A stretch of DNA of 64,000 nucleotides from an uncultured Planctomycetota bacterium (GTDB taxonomy: Bacteria; Planctomycetota; Planctomycetia; Gemmatales; Gemmataceae), in NCBI GenBank assembly GCA_963849325.1, contig CAWKHF010000005.1, positions 864,001 through 928,000 on the forward strand. The letters are read 5' to 3'. The notes under the pieces were generated by a model. The model had not been told where the DNA came from. It saw only the letters and a program-made list of their open reading frames with translations, and did no database searches. How positions within the stretch are numbered: position 1 is the first letter of the stretch; each line of letters starts with the position of its first letter. The position numbers and the translations under genes were made by a program. Positions 35,622-44,962 of the stretch are shown here, piece by piece.

Positions 35622-36356
35622 ATGCGAATCATCGTGGGGATCGCCTTGATGGCGCTGGGGCTGGGAATACACACCCCGGTACGGGCTGGCGAGCGCGACA
35701 AGGCGCTGGCCGTGATCGAACAGGCCATCAAGGCCCACGGCGGCGCCGAGGCGCTGACCAAGGCGCAAAAGCGTTCGCGCCGCGGACAAGGCGTTCTGAC
35801 GCTCACCGGCGAGGTGCCCTTCACGACCGAAGAAACGGTCCATCTGCCCGATCGTTGCCGGGTCGTCCTGGAGGTCGGTCGCAACCGTGTCGTCATCGTC
35901 CTCAACGGCGACAAGGGCTGGCTGCTGCCGCCCGGCGGCTCTGCCCAACCGATGAACAAGGAACAGCTCGCCGAGCGGCGAGAGGAGCCTTACGTCTGGT
36001 GGCTGATGACGTTAACCCCTCTACAGAAAGACGGCTTCGACCTGACGCCGCTGCCCGACGCCAAGGTCAACGGTCAGGACGCCGCCGTCGTCAAGGTGGC
36101 GAGCAAGGGCCATCCCGACAGCCGATTGTTCTTCGATAAGAAGACCGGCCTGCTCGTCAAGATCGCTCGCCGCGCCAGGGAAGCGGGCGTGCCGCTCGAT
36201 CGCGAGTATTTGTACAGCGATCACAAGGACTTCGACGGCGTCAAGCTGCCCGCCAAGGAGATCATCACCATCAACGGCAAGAAGCAGAGCGAGGTGAAGT
36301 TCGCCAGCTACAAGCTGCTGTCCGCCCTCGACGGCGCCACGTTCAACAAGCCGTGA
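35622..36356 (+). CDS. Secreted LolA-like/outer-membrane sorting-type hypothetical protein
   Basis: Signal peptide; AIKAHGG; FFDKKTGLL; YSDHKDFDGVKLP. Confidence 0.75.
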   Translation: MRIIVGIALMALGLGIHTPVRAGERDKALAVIEQAIKAHGGAEALTKAQKRSRRGQGVLTLTGEVPFTTEETVHLPDRCRVVLEVGRNRVVIVLNGDKGWLLPPGGSAQPMNKEQLAERREEPYVWWLMTLTPLQKDGFDLTPLPDAKVNGQDAAVVKVASKGHPDSRLFFDKKTGLLVKIARRAREAGVPLDREYLYSDHKDFDGVKLPAKEIITINGKKQSEVKFASYKLLSALDGATFNKP

Positions 36357-36364
36357 TCCACGAA

Positions 36365-36583
36365 TCACGAGGGCGGCGCCGTCTCGGCGGCCTGGAAGCC
36401 ACAGGTGCGATGGTTGCCGTCGCAGAAGGGACGGTTCTTCGATTGGCCGCAGCGGCACAGGGCCACCGACTCCTTGCCCGGCGGGATGGTGAACACGTTG
36501 CCCAGGTGATCGACGATGCGCACCGGGCCTTTGACCACGTAAGGGCCATTCTCACGGCAGCGGATTTCCACGGGTTCCGACAT
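36365..36583 (-). CDS. CDGSH iron-sulfur domain protein
   Basis: NGPY; LCRCGQSKNRPFCDGNH. Confidence 0.92.
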   Translation of the reverse strand: MSEPVEIRCRENGPYVVKGPVRIVDHLGNVFTIPPGKESVALCRCGQSKNRPFCDGNHRTCGFQAAETAPPS

Positions 36584-36614
36584 CGGTTGTCCTTTCGTCC
36601 CTTGGGTGTTCTTC

Positions 36615-37292
36615 TCAGCCCTCCATCTCCAGCACGCGGTCGCGCTTGGGGTGGTTCACGAAATAATACGAGAGCCGACGAGCCACGTGTTCCAGGAACT
36701 GCTGGCGGAACTGCATGACGGGCATGTCGAAGCTGCTCAGCCGCGGCTCACTCGGATAAAGGTCCGTGAATTCGTCCGGCTGGAGCGTCTCGTCGGTTTT
36801 CTTGACGTCCTCCAGGGACACCAGGATGTGGGTCCGTCCGTGGTACAACTGCTGATTGGCGTTGGGTTCATAGAGACTCAGCTGGTCGATCTCCAGGACG
36901 ATCACGTAATCCGCCTTGAAATAGCGACCGACCTGGGCCGGATCGAGGCTCTTCCACTCGGGGTGGGTATTCTTGTACTCCTCGACCAGGCGCGGCTTGA
37001 CGATGGTGACTTTCTCCTGGTTCTCCTCGGACAATTGATGGATTTGCCGGGCGAGCATGTCGGTCAGCTGGCGATCGACCTGGGCGAACTCCGGCCGTAG
37101 GTCCAGCCCCATGTAGGTCCACAGGACGACCGTGATTTCCTTATTTTTGTCGTCGGAAGCGAGCCGTTTGTACTTGGCCGGCTCCTTCGCTTCGGGGAAG
37201 AGGAAGTACATGGCCGTGGGGAAACTGCAGCCGGCGACGAGGACGGCCCCGCACAGACTCAGCAGCAAAGCTCCCCGACGCAATCCGTTCAT
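36615..37292 (-). CDS. Putative lipoprotein
   Basis: Lipobox LVAGC after a hydrophobic stretch. Confidence 0.75.
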   Translation of the reverse strand: MNGLRRGALLLSLCGAVLVAGCSFPTAMYFLFPEAKEPAKYKRLASDDKNKEITVVLWTYMGLDLRPEFAQVDRQLTDMLARQIHQLSEENQEKVTIVKPRLVEEYKNTHPEWKSLDPAQVGRYFKADYVIVLEIDQLSLYEPNANQQLYHGRTHILVSLEDVKKTDETLQPDEFTDLYPSEPRLSSFDMPVMQFRQQFLEHVARRLSYYFVNHPKRDRVLEMEG

Positions 37293-37303
37293 GGCTCTCT
37301 CCC

Positions 37304-37826
37304 TCATCCTTGAAATGTCGTGCCGGACCACCACGCCCAGCCGAGAACGATCGCCCAGCGCAGCATCATCAGGCCGAGGAAGGCCAGGACGACCCGAGTG
37401 AGGGCGCGCTCCACCGAGTAAAGGAAGAGCGTCCGTTTGCACACCACGCTGCCCAGGCACCAGGGGATGAGCGTCAGACAGAACAGGGCCAGCAGTGTAC
37501 CGACCCAGTTGGCGCGCAGCGAGTTCGCCAGGTCGCCGTGCATGAGCAAGGAAAAGCTCGTGGTCATGCCGCACGACGGGCACGGCAGGCCGGTTTTGTC
37601 GAAGAACGTGCAGGGCGGCAGGCCCATCTTCTGGTGCGTGGCCATGCGCAGGGGCGAACCGTCCTCGTGGTACGGATTGAGCAGGGCGGCCACGACGAAC
37701 ACGGCGACCAGGGCCAGCGCCACGCCGATCAGCGACCCGCGCACCCAGCGCGGAGGACGGGGATGGCGTCGTACACGTCTGGCTCTTCTTGGCTCGACAG
37801 CGTTGGAAGGGGAGTCATAGCGATCA
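37304..37826 (-). CDS. DUF2752 family membrane protein; 5' end likely frameshifted
   Basis: LPPCTF...TGLPCPSCGMTTS motif. Confidence 0.85.
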
Positions 37827-37856
37827 TCCGGGTGCGATGCAAGGGCAAAAGTTTCC

Positions 37857-37942
37857 AGTTCTGAGTTCTGAGTTCTGAGTTCTGAGTGAAAGAAAGAAGG
37901 AGATGTTTTTCACTCAGAACTCAGAACTCAGAACTCAGAACT
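37857..37942. repeat. 'Empty' heptamer inverted-repeat element: (AGTTCTG)4AGTGAAA - 16 bp - reverse complement
   Basis: 35-bp perfect arms with the same unit and copy number as the arms flanking the four-helix-bundle gene. Confidence 0.95.
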
Positions 37943-38590
37943 TTTTTTTCCGCCGCTTCGGTCGCCGCGTTCATGGCCTGTTCGACCTGAAGGCGGTAGT
38001 GTTCGAGCTGGTCCTTGCCGACGTTCTCGGGCACGCGGATCGGCTCGGCGGTGACGCACACGGCGGCGCTCCACGGATGCGGCACGGCGAAGCGGTCCCA
38101 GCTGCGCACTGCGCCAGGCGCGGGCGAAGGCGACGCCGAAGGGCACGATCGGCAGGCCGGTCAGCGCCGCCAGGTAGACCACGCCCGGCTGGACCTTCCG
38201 TCGCGGCCCGCGCGGTCCGTCCGGCGTGATGGCCAGGTGCGCCGACCGGCTCAGTCGCTGCATCTGCCGGATGGCGCGGGCGCCGCCGCGCGTGGCCGAG
38301 CCGCGCACCACGCGGAAGCCCAGGTGCCGGCACGCCTCGGCGATGAGCTGGCCGTCGGCGTGCTGGCTGATGAGAACGTGGATGTCGCGCCGCCCATAAT
38401 GGTAGGCTGGCACCAGGATGTTCTCATGCCAGAAAGCATACAGATAACGACCTCGCAAGTTCGGCTGATTCGGGTCGAGGTTGGCGCCCATCGGCCGATA
38501 GCGGTAACGCAAGGTGCCAATCCACAAGCGGACCAGCCAGCCGACCGCGAACCCCAGTGCCTTGATTAACATCGGATGGCGAATCTTCAT
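37921..38590 (-). CDS. DUF374/lysophospholipid acyltransferase family protein; indel near 38110
   Basis: YAFWH, LISQHADG, VRGS, ITPDGPRGP, SWDRFAVP.P. Confidence 0.88.
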
Positions 38591-38623
38591 CGCGGGCCTC
38601 CCTGCCACACGGACCCCTTGCGG

Positions 38624-39460
38624 CTACTGGGGCCACTCCCCACGGAACACCTCGACGGCGGGGCCGGTCAGATATACGTGATTATCCGCCTCGGACCACT
38701 CCAGTTGCAAGTCGCCGCCGGGCAAATGCGCGGTGAGGCGTCGCTGCGTCCGTCCGGTGAGATGTCCGGCCACGACGACGGCGCAGGCGCCGGTGCCGCA
38801 AGCCAGCGTCTCCCCCGAGCCGCGCTCCCACACGCGCACGGTCACGTCGTCGGGTCGATTGACGCGGACGAACTCGGCGTTGACGCGGCGCGGAAACGCG
38901 GGATGGCGTTCGACCTGCGGTCCCACGCCGAGGATCAGGGCATCGGTGACATCGTCCACGAAGGTGACGCAGTGCGGATTGCCCATCGATACGCAGGTAA
39001 CGCGCAGCGTCTGCCCGGCCACGTCGAGCCCGGCGTTCAACGGCGGATCGCCGGGCAACGCGGTCGGGATGCGGTCGGCTTGCAGGATCGGCTCGCCCAT
39101 GTCCACGCGCACCTGCCGGACGGCGCCGCCGGCGATTTCCAGTTCTAGCGTCAACACGCCGCGGCCGGTCTCGATGGTCAACGGCGACTTGCGGATCAGG
39201 CCGTGATCGTGGACGAATTTGGCCACGCAACGGACGCCGTTGCCGCACATCTCCGCCTCGCTGCCGTCGGCGTTGTACATGCGCATGCGGGCATCGGCCT
39301 TGTCGGACGGACAGATGAGGATCAGCCCGTCGCTGCCAACGCCGAAGTGTCGGTCGCTGAGGACGCGACTGAGACCGGCTGGATCGTGCGGCATCGATTG
39401 GCGGAAGCAATCGACGTAGACATAATCGTTGCCGCAACCGTGCATTTTGACAAAGTGCAT
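38624..39460 (-). CDS. dapF: Diaminopimelate epimerase
   Basis: [34 protein letters not shown]. Confidence 0.97.
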   Translation of the reverse strand: MHFVKMHGCGNDYVYVDCFRQSMPHDPAGLSRVLSDRHFGVGSDGLILICPSDKADARMRMYNADGSEAEMCGNGVRCVAKFVHDHGLIRKSPLTIETGRGVLTLELEIAGGAVRQVRVDMGEPILQADRIPTALPGDPPLNAGLDVAGQTLRVTCVSMGNPHCVTFVDDVTDALILGVGPQVERHPAFPRRVNAEFVRVNRPDDVTVRVWERGSGETLACGTGACAVVVAGHLTGRTQRRLTAHLPGGDLQLEWSEADNHVYLTGPAVEVFRGEWPQ

Positions 39461-39464
39461 GCCA

Positions 39465-40460
39465 TCAACTCTCTTCCGGCTCATCGGGGATTGGCGGTTG
39501 GTCGGGTGTTTCGATGGAGCGGGCCATAGTCAGGCACTCGCGTAGGAAACTCTCTAACCACCGTATCTGGCTCACCTTCGACCGCTCGAAGAAATGAATC
39601 GATTCGGAGGCCAATTCAGCACCTCGCCACCAGCGGCAGCGGCCAGGAATCCAATTTTCTTCCCCCAACTCACCTTCGCCGAGACGAGCGGCTGCTTCTG
39701 GGTCAATTCGGCAGCGTGTGCCGAACCAAAGTTCGTCTGGATTCTCGTAGGCCAAACCGAACCAATACTTTTGTCCATCGAGCCGGAGTCCAATGTAATC
39801 CCAACTCGCCGCCCTCTTGGCAGGCACTTTGCAAGCGATGGCGGTTTCGTGAAGCATGTTGAGCATGTTTGCCAATGCCCGAATCCCTTCAGGCATGTAT
39901 TTGCCCACTTGCGTCAGATTCATATTTCTCTCCCTCAAAAAGTCGAGAAACTGTCTTGCCAGAAAGCTGGCAATCTCATTGGCTGCCTCTACCGCAGGCA
40001 ACTCGCTTTCCAGCCAATCGGCAACCTCAAACCAGCGGACTTCGAGATCCGGGCGTGTTTCGTCCGCCTGGAATACCTCCGGGTACTGAGTCAAAAGAAC
40101 AAGCCGGGTCTGTTTCATGCCGGATTCAGCCAACAGCACTCGATATCCCTCTAATTGCCCGGCCCACAGCGGCGATTCCGCTTTCACCTCGATCCAAACC
40201 AAGCGATCTTTGGTGCTGATTTCCAGATCCGGCCGTCCCGAGCCGGTTTCAACTTGGGTGTGGATCTCTATGGCGCTGGCATCTCCCGGTGCCAAATCGA
40301 CAAAGCCACCCGTTAGCCGGCTCACCAATCGCATGCCGACCTCGGGAGCCAAAATCAGCAATTGTTCCAGCACAACCGCCAGCGATTCCGTCAGGAAGTT
40401 CTCATCCTGCCGGGCCGCCCATTTGTGTAATCGCGCGAACAGGTTTGGGCCGCTGGCCAA
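39465..40460 (-). CDS. PD-(D/E)XK nuclease family protein
   Basis: ENFLTE...GRPDL...IEVK...QL..Y motif; lower GC. Confidence 0.8.
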   Translation of the reverse strand: MASGPNLFARLHKWAARQDENFLTESLAVVLEQLLILAPEVGMRLVSRLTGGFVDLAPGDASAIEIHTQVETGSGRPDLEISTKDRLVWIEVKAESPLWAGQLEGYRVLLAESGMKQTRLVLLTQYPEVFQADETRPDLEVRWFEVADWLESELPAVEAANEIASFLARQFLDFLRERNMNLTQVGKYMPEGIRALANMLNMLHETAIACKVPAKRAASWDYIGLRLDGQKYWFGLAYENPDELWFGTRCRIDPEAAARLGEGELGEENWIPGRCRWWRGAELASESIHFFERSKVSQIRWLESFLRECLTMARSIETPDQPPIPDEPEES

Positions 40461-40463
40461 GGC

Positions 40464-40479
40464 TCACTCCCATTCGATC
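40464..40479 (-). repeat. Displaced duplicate of the guaA 3' end (ATC GAA TGG GAG TGA = IEWE*)
   Basis: 14/16 identical to 41161-41176; both mismatches synonymous. Confidence 0.7.
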
Positions 40480-40536
40480 ATCTTGGTGAAACGCATGAAA
40501 TCAAGAATTCTCTGATTCCTCGGAGCGGTCGAATGA

Positions 40537-40854
40537 CTATGTTTTTTTACGTCCTGGTTCGCGCAGCAATCGCCGGGCTAATACTTTTTTTATTCTCTGC
40601 CAGCATTCTTCGGTAACAAAGTAGGTCTGAGTTGCGGCGTAACGTTTCCCGTCGGCGGTTTCAAAGATCACCAGCCACCCGTTGGGCCGATCCGACAAGC
40701 GCAGGTCTTGTCGGGAACCCAGATAGCGAAGACGTTCGCCGACACGAAAATGACGGCAGGTGTCCCAGGAAAAGCCCTCCCCATCCGGAGAGGCATGAAA
40801 CGCCTGAATACACACAAACTCCTCGCCGGCCTGGCACTCCAGGATCACGCTCAT
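40537..40854 (-). CDS. Putative immunity protein (hypothetical)
   Basis: 105-aa ORF starting 12 bp after the toxin-like gene. Confidence 0.55.
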   Translation of the reverse strand: MSVILECQAGEEFVCIQAFHASPDGEGFSWDTCRHFRVGERLRYLGSRQDLRLSDRPNGWLVIFETADGKRYAATQTYFVTEECWQRIKKVLARRLLREPGRKKT

Positions 40855-40866
40855 CGTTCGCGCCTT

Positions 40867-41148
40867 TCAGGAAAAGTTGTCCTCGCCATGATGAACGTCG
40901 CCATCCGGCCGAACATTTGTATGAGAACCATTCGGATGCTGCACGTCCCAATGAAAATCCTCTTCGCGTCCGCTGGGATGAGGGTGCGGCACCCACTCAT
41001 TGCCGTTCGCATCCAGATAACCATCCTGCGGGCCACGCGGCGGGTTTCTCAACCAATCATCTCGCTTCGGCGGAACAAACGAGTGCCTGCCCCGCCGCGG
41101 AAGCAACCGCCAGGGGTACTTCGTCGGCCAATCCTCTGCCGAAGCCAT
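40867..41148 (-). CDS. Stand-alone polymorphic toxin domain (Ntox17/Ntox37-like predicted RNase)
   Basis: LP..G...FVPPK...PRGP..GYLD..GNEWV...HWDVQ...GSHTNV..DG.VHH. Confidence 0.7.
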   Translation of the reverse strand: MASAEDWPTKYPWRLLPRRGRHSFVPPKRDDWLRNPPRGPQDGYLDANGNEWVPHPHPSGREEDFHWDVQHPNGSHTNVRPDGDVHHGEDNFS

Positions 41149-41160
41149 TCGGATTTATCC

Positions 41161-42715
41161 TCATTCCCATTCAATCGTCGCCGGCGGCTTGCTGGTGACA
41201 TCGTAAACGACCCGGTTCACTCCCGCCACCGAGTTGACGATCCGCGCCGACACCTTGCCCAGCAATTCATACGGCAGCTTCGACCAGTCGGCGGTCATGA
41301 AATCGTCCGTCTGCACCACGCGCAGGGCGATGACATTTTCATAGGTCCGGCCGTCGCCCATGACGCCGACGGACTGGATCGGCAACAGCACCGCGAACGC
41401 CTGCGACGTTCTGGCGATACCACCCAGACTGCTTCAATTCGTCGAGCAAAATCGCATCGGCCTGGCGGAGAACGGCGAGACGCTCGGCGGTGACGGGACC
41501 GAGGCAGCGCACGGCCAGGCCGGGACCGGGGAACGGATGCCGATAGACCAGTGCCTCGGGCAGCCCCAGCTCGACGCCGAGGCGGCGCACCTCGTCCTTG
41601 AACAAGTCCTTGAGCGGTTCGATCAGCTCGAAGCCGAGTTCCTTGGGCAGTCCACCGACGTTGTGATGGGTCTTGATGTTGGCGGCGGGACCGTCGGCCG
41701 CGCCGCCGCTCTCGATCACGTCCGGGTAGAGCGTGCCCTGGGCGAGGAAGTGAGCGCCCTCGATGTGGCGCGCCTCGTCCTTGAACACGTCGATGAAAAC
41801 GTGACCGATGCGACGCCGCTTCTCCTGCGGATCGCTGATGCCTTCCAGCGCCTGCAGGAAGCGGGCGCCGGCATCGACGATGTGCAAATCGGCCTGGAAA
41901 TGTCCGGTGAACGTGCGCCGCACCGACTCGACCTCGCCCTGGCGCAGCAGGCCATTATCGACGAAGATGCACGACACCTGCCGGCCAACCGCCCGCAACA
42001 GCAGGGCGGCCGTCACCGACGAATCGACGCCGCCGGACAGGCCGCACAGGACGCGCCGATCGCCGACACGCTCGACCAGCGCCGCCACCGTCTGCGACAG
42101 GAATGAGTCGATCCGCCACAAGCCCTGGCAGCCGCACACGTCGTAGAGAAAATTGCGGAGGATGCGCGTGCCCTGCGGCGTGTGGCTGACCTCGGGATGG
42201 AACTGCAAGCCGTAGACGGGACGAGTGCGATGACGGGTCGCGGCCATCGGACAGGTATCGGTCGCGGCCAGGGACACGAAATCGCCCTGCACCAGCTGTA
42301 CCTGGTCGCCGTGGCTCATCCACACGGTCGTCTCGCTCGGCACACCGGCGAACAATCCGTCGGCGTCGGTGATGCGGCAGACGGCTGGGCCGAACTCGCG
42401 GCTGGGGGCCGACAGAACCTTGCCGCCGAGCAGGTGACAGGCCAGTTGCATGCCGTAGCAGATGCCGAGCACGGGGATGCCGAGGTCGAACAGGCGCGGA
42501 TCGCAGCGCGGCGCCTTGGCGGCGTAGACGCTGGCCGGGCCGCCGGAGAAGATCAGGCCGCGCGGCTTCAACTCGGCGATGCGCTCGGCCGCGAGGTCGT
42601 GGCGGACGATCTGGCAAAAGACGTTCAGCTCGCGGACACGGCGGGCGATGAGCTGGCCGTACTGCGAGCCGAAGTCGAGAATCAGGATCGTTTCATTCTC
42701 AGGCAAAGCAGTCAT
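41161..42715 (-). CDS. guaA: GMP synthase (glutamine-hydrolysing); indel near 41405
   Basis: [43 protein letters not shown]. Confidence 0.97.
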
Positions 42716-42723
42716 GGGACTTC

Positions 42724-43023
42724 TTATTGAAAAAAAGACTCCTGATAGTGGCGAATTTCTTCCGGCGTCGGTTCCGGAGAATCGGCCGAAAATTTGGCGA
42801 ACAGCACGTCCAACAAGGAAGCATCGTCAATGCGTCCGTTACTGCGAAAGCGTTCCACTTCAATTTCGCCATTCTGAAGAAATTCGATCTCCCAATACTC
42901 GCCAGGAACACCGGCCACGACCATGATGGCATCGTCGCGCGAATGTTCCATCGTATAAGAGATCTTCGCTCGATCGAGGCGCTCGAGAAAAGCCAGCAGC
43001 TTGGTGAATTGATCGTCTTTCAT
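42724..43023 (-). CDS. Putative immunity protein
   Basis: LLAFLERL...I.Y....RDDAIMV...VPGE.WEIEF...GEIEVE.F.S.G; ATGA overlap with the upstream gene. Confidence 0.65.
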   Translation of the reverse strand: MKDDQFTKLLAFLERLDRAKISYTMEHSRDDAIMVVAGVPGEYWEIEFLQNGEIEVERFRSNGRIDDASLLDVLFAKFSADSPEPTPEEIRHYQESFFQ

Positions 43024-43226
43024 TTGTCAAACCTCTTTGTGTTGAGAAGCTTGTAAATCGTTCGGAATCCCGTCTCTCCTCGTTGCGCTTTTTCCACGAC
43101 CTCTTCCCACGTTAAGGACAGGATGTCACCCCAACTCGGAGAACCGGGACCCAAGGGAGCATATTTGATGCGCGCCTGTTTGCCCTTGAGGATCTCGGCG
43201 ACCGTTTTCCCGGCGTAATCCGCCAT
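43020..43226 (-). CDS. 68-aa protein resembling an Rhs/CdiA C-terminal toxin tip
   Basis: IK.APL.PGSPSW.DI...T.EE...KA..G..GF.TI.KLL...RFDK; starts 1 bp after the proC stop. Confidence 0.55.
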   Translation of the reverse strand: MADYAGKTVAEILKGKQARIKYAPLGPGSPSWGDILSLTWEEVVEKAQRGETGFRTIYKLLNTKRFDK

Positions 43227-43227
43227 C

Positions 43228-44044
43228 TCAAGACTCTCCCAATTCTACCGCTCGCCGCGTGGCCGCCTCAACGGCATCCATCAGGGCTCCTCTCACGCCG
43301 CCGCGCTCCAGGGCGTGCAGACCGGCGATGGTGGTGCCGCCGGGACTGGCCACCATGTCCTTGAGCACGCCCGGATGTGTCCGTGTGTCCAGAACCATTT
43401 TCGCCGCGCCGAGCACCGTCTGCGCCGCCAGCGCCGTCGCCACGTCGCGCGGCAAGCCCACGCGCACGCCGCCGTCGGACAGCGCCTCGATCATCAGGTA
43501 CACGAAGGCCGGCCCACTGCCGGACAAGCCGGTGACGGCGTCGAGCAGGTGCTCGGGCAGCCGAAACGCCACGCCGACGGCGCCCAGCAGCCGATCGACC
43601 AGGGCGACGTCCTCGGCCGTGGCGTTCTCGCCGGGGCTGTAGCCGGACGGCGCTGGCGCCAACCAGGCACGGCGTATTCGGCATGACGCGCACCAGCCGG
43701 CAGTCCGGGCCGAGTCCGTCGGCGAGTTGTCGCAGCGTGATGCCGGCCGCGATGGAGACGACCAGCTGCCCCTTCAGCACCGGACGAATTTCCTCCAGGA
43801 GCGCGGCCATCGATTGCGGCTTGACGGCGAGGACGAGCAACTCGCTGGCGGCGACGACCGCGCGGTTGTCGGCGACGGCGGGGCAGCCGGTCTCGGCGGT
43901 GAATGCCTGGCGAGCCAGCGGCAACGGATCACTGGCGCGGCAGTCCTCGGCGCGCACCAACCCGGCCCGCAGCCAGCCCCGCGCCAGCGCCGTCGCCATG
44001 CGTCCGGCGCCCAGGAAACCAATCCGAGCCATCGCGTCCGCCAT
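43228..44044 (-). CDS. proC: Pyrroline-5-carboxylate reductase; indel near 43650
   Basis: [43 protein letters not shown]. Confidence 0.96.
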
Positions 44045-44145
44045 GTCCCGCCGGTCCTCACCTCGGGAGAGAAGCCATCATCATACTGAAAGAGAGAGGT
44101 TGGCGTAAATCCGGATAGGATGTACCGGGGAGTCATTGGCGACGT

Positions 44146-44565
44146 TCAGGCGTCGGCCCAGTTCTCCAGTTGCAGCCCCGGCACCAGGCGAAAGTGGCGC
44201 AGATTGCGGGTGACGAGTGTTGCTCGGTGTGCCAAGGCGATGGCGGCGATGAGCAGGTCGGCGCGACCGATTTTCTTGAGTTTCTTGTCCTGCCGCAAGC
44301 GGTCGAATTCAGCGGCAGATGCGGCATCGATGGAGATGGTGTCGAACTCGTTCAGGTTTTGCTCGGCTTCTTGCAGCAACTGCTGGGCACGTTCCAGTTG
44401 TGCCCCGTCGGCGGCCTTGAGCAGGAAATCCCACCGCCCCCGAAGAACCTCGATTCGGGAAACAATGGTTATGGCGATCAGGTCCGTTGTTGCCAGGGCA
44501 CGCGCCGCCACTCGGGGATGAGCGTGGATAAGCAGCGTCACGGTATCGGTATCGAGGAGGATCAT
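44146..44565 (-). CDS. vapC: VapC/PIN-domain toxin
   Basis: ILLDTD...E...ADLLIAAIALAH.ATLVTRN.RHF..VPGL..ENW. Confidence 0.92.
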   Translation of the reverse strand: MILLDTDTVTLLIHAHPRVAARALATTDLIAITIVSRIEVLRGRWDFLLKAADGAQLERAQQLLQEAEQNLNEFDTISIDAASAAEFDRLRQDKKLKKIGRADLLIAAIALAHRATLVTRNLRHFRLVPGLQLENWADA

Positions 44566-44933
44566 TCACCTTCCTCGGTCATCGGCCGACCGCGTTGCCG
44601 ATAAATCTCCTTGAGGAACTCATCAAGGTCCGGATGGTCCTTCCAGGCGCCGATCACGGACAGGATAGCTTCTTTGCTTGATTTCCGCGGCGGCGTGCGC
44701 AGCCAATCTTGCAACGCGGACTTCAAGAATCGCCATTCGCCGCCGATCCGTCGGCCCGGGATGCCGTCGCGGCCAATCATCCCCCGCAGATCGGCTTCCG
44801 CCACGCGCAGATACGCCGCCACCTCAGCCAGCGTCAACACTTCGCTGGACGTATCCGGAGGGGGAGGCGCCATCGGCGGAGACGGTGGCTGGGAAGGTTT
44901 CGTTGGACTCGGTTTCGCTTTCGTTCGCGGCAT
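44562..44933 (-). CDS. Excisionase-type (HTH_17) DNA-binding protein, putative antitoxin
   Basis: VLTLAEVAAYLRV...IPGRRIGGEWRF; ATGA overlap with vapC. Confidence 0.85.
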   Translation of the reverse strand: MPRTKAKPSPTKPSQPPSPPMAPPPPDTSSEVLTLAEVAAYLRVAEADLRGMIGRDGIPGRRIGGEWRFLKSALQDWLRTPPRKSSKEAILSVIGAWKDHPDLDEFLKEIYRQRGRPMTEEGE

Positions 44934-44962
44934 GATCGTTCCTTCCTTTCCGGGAAATCTCT

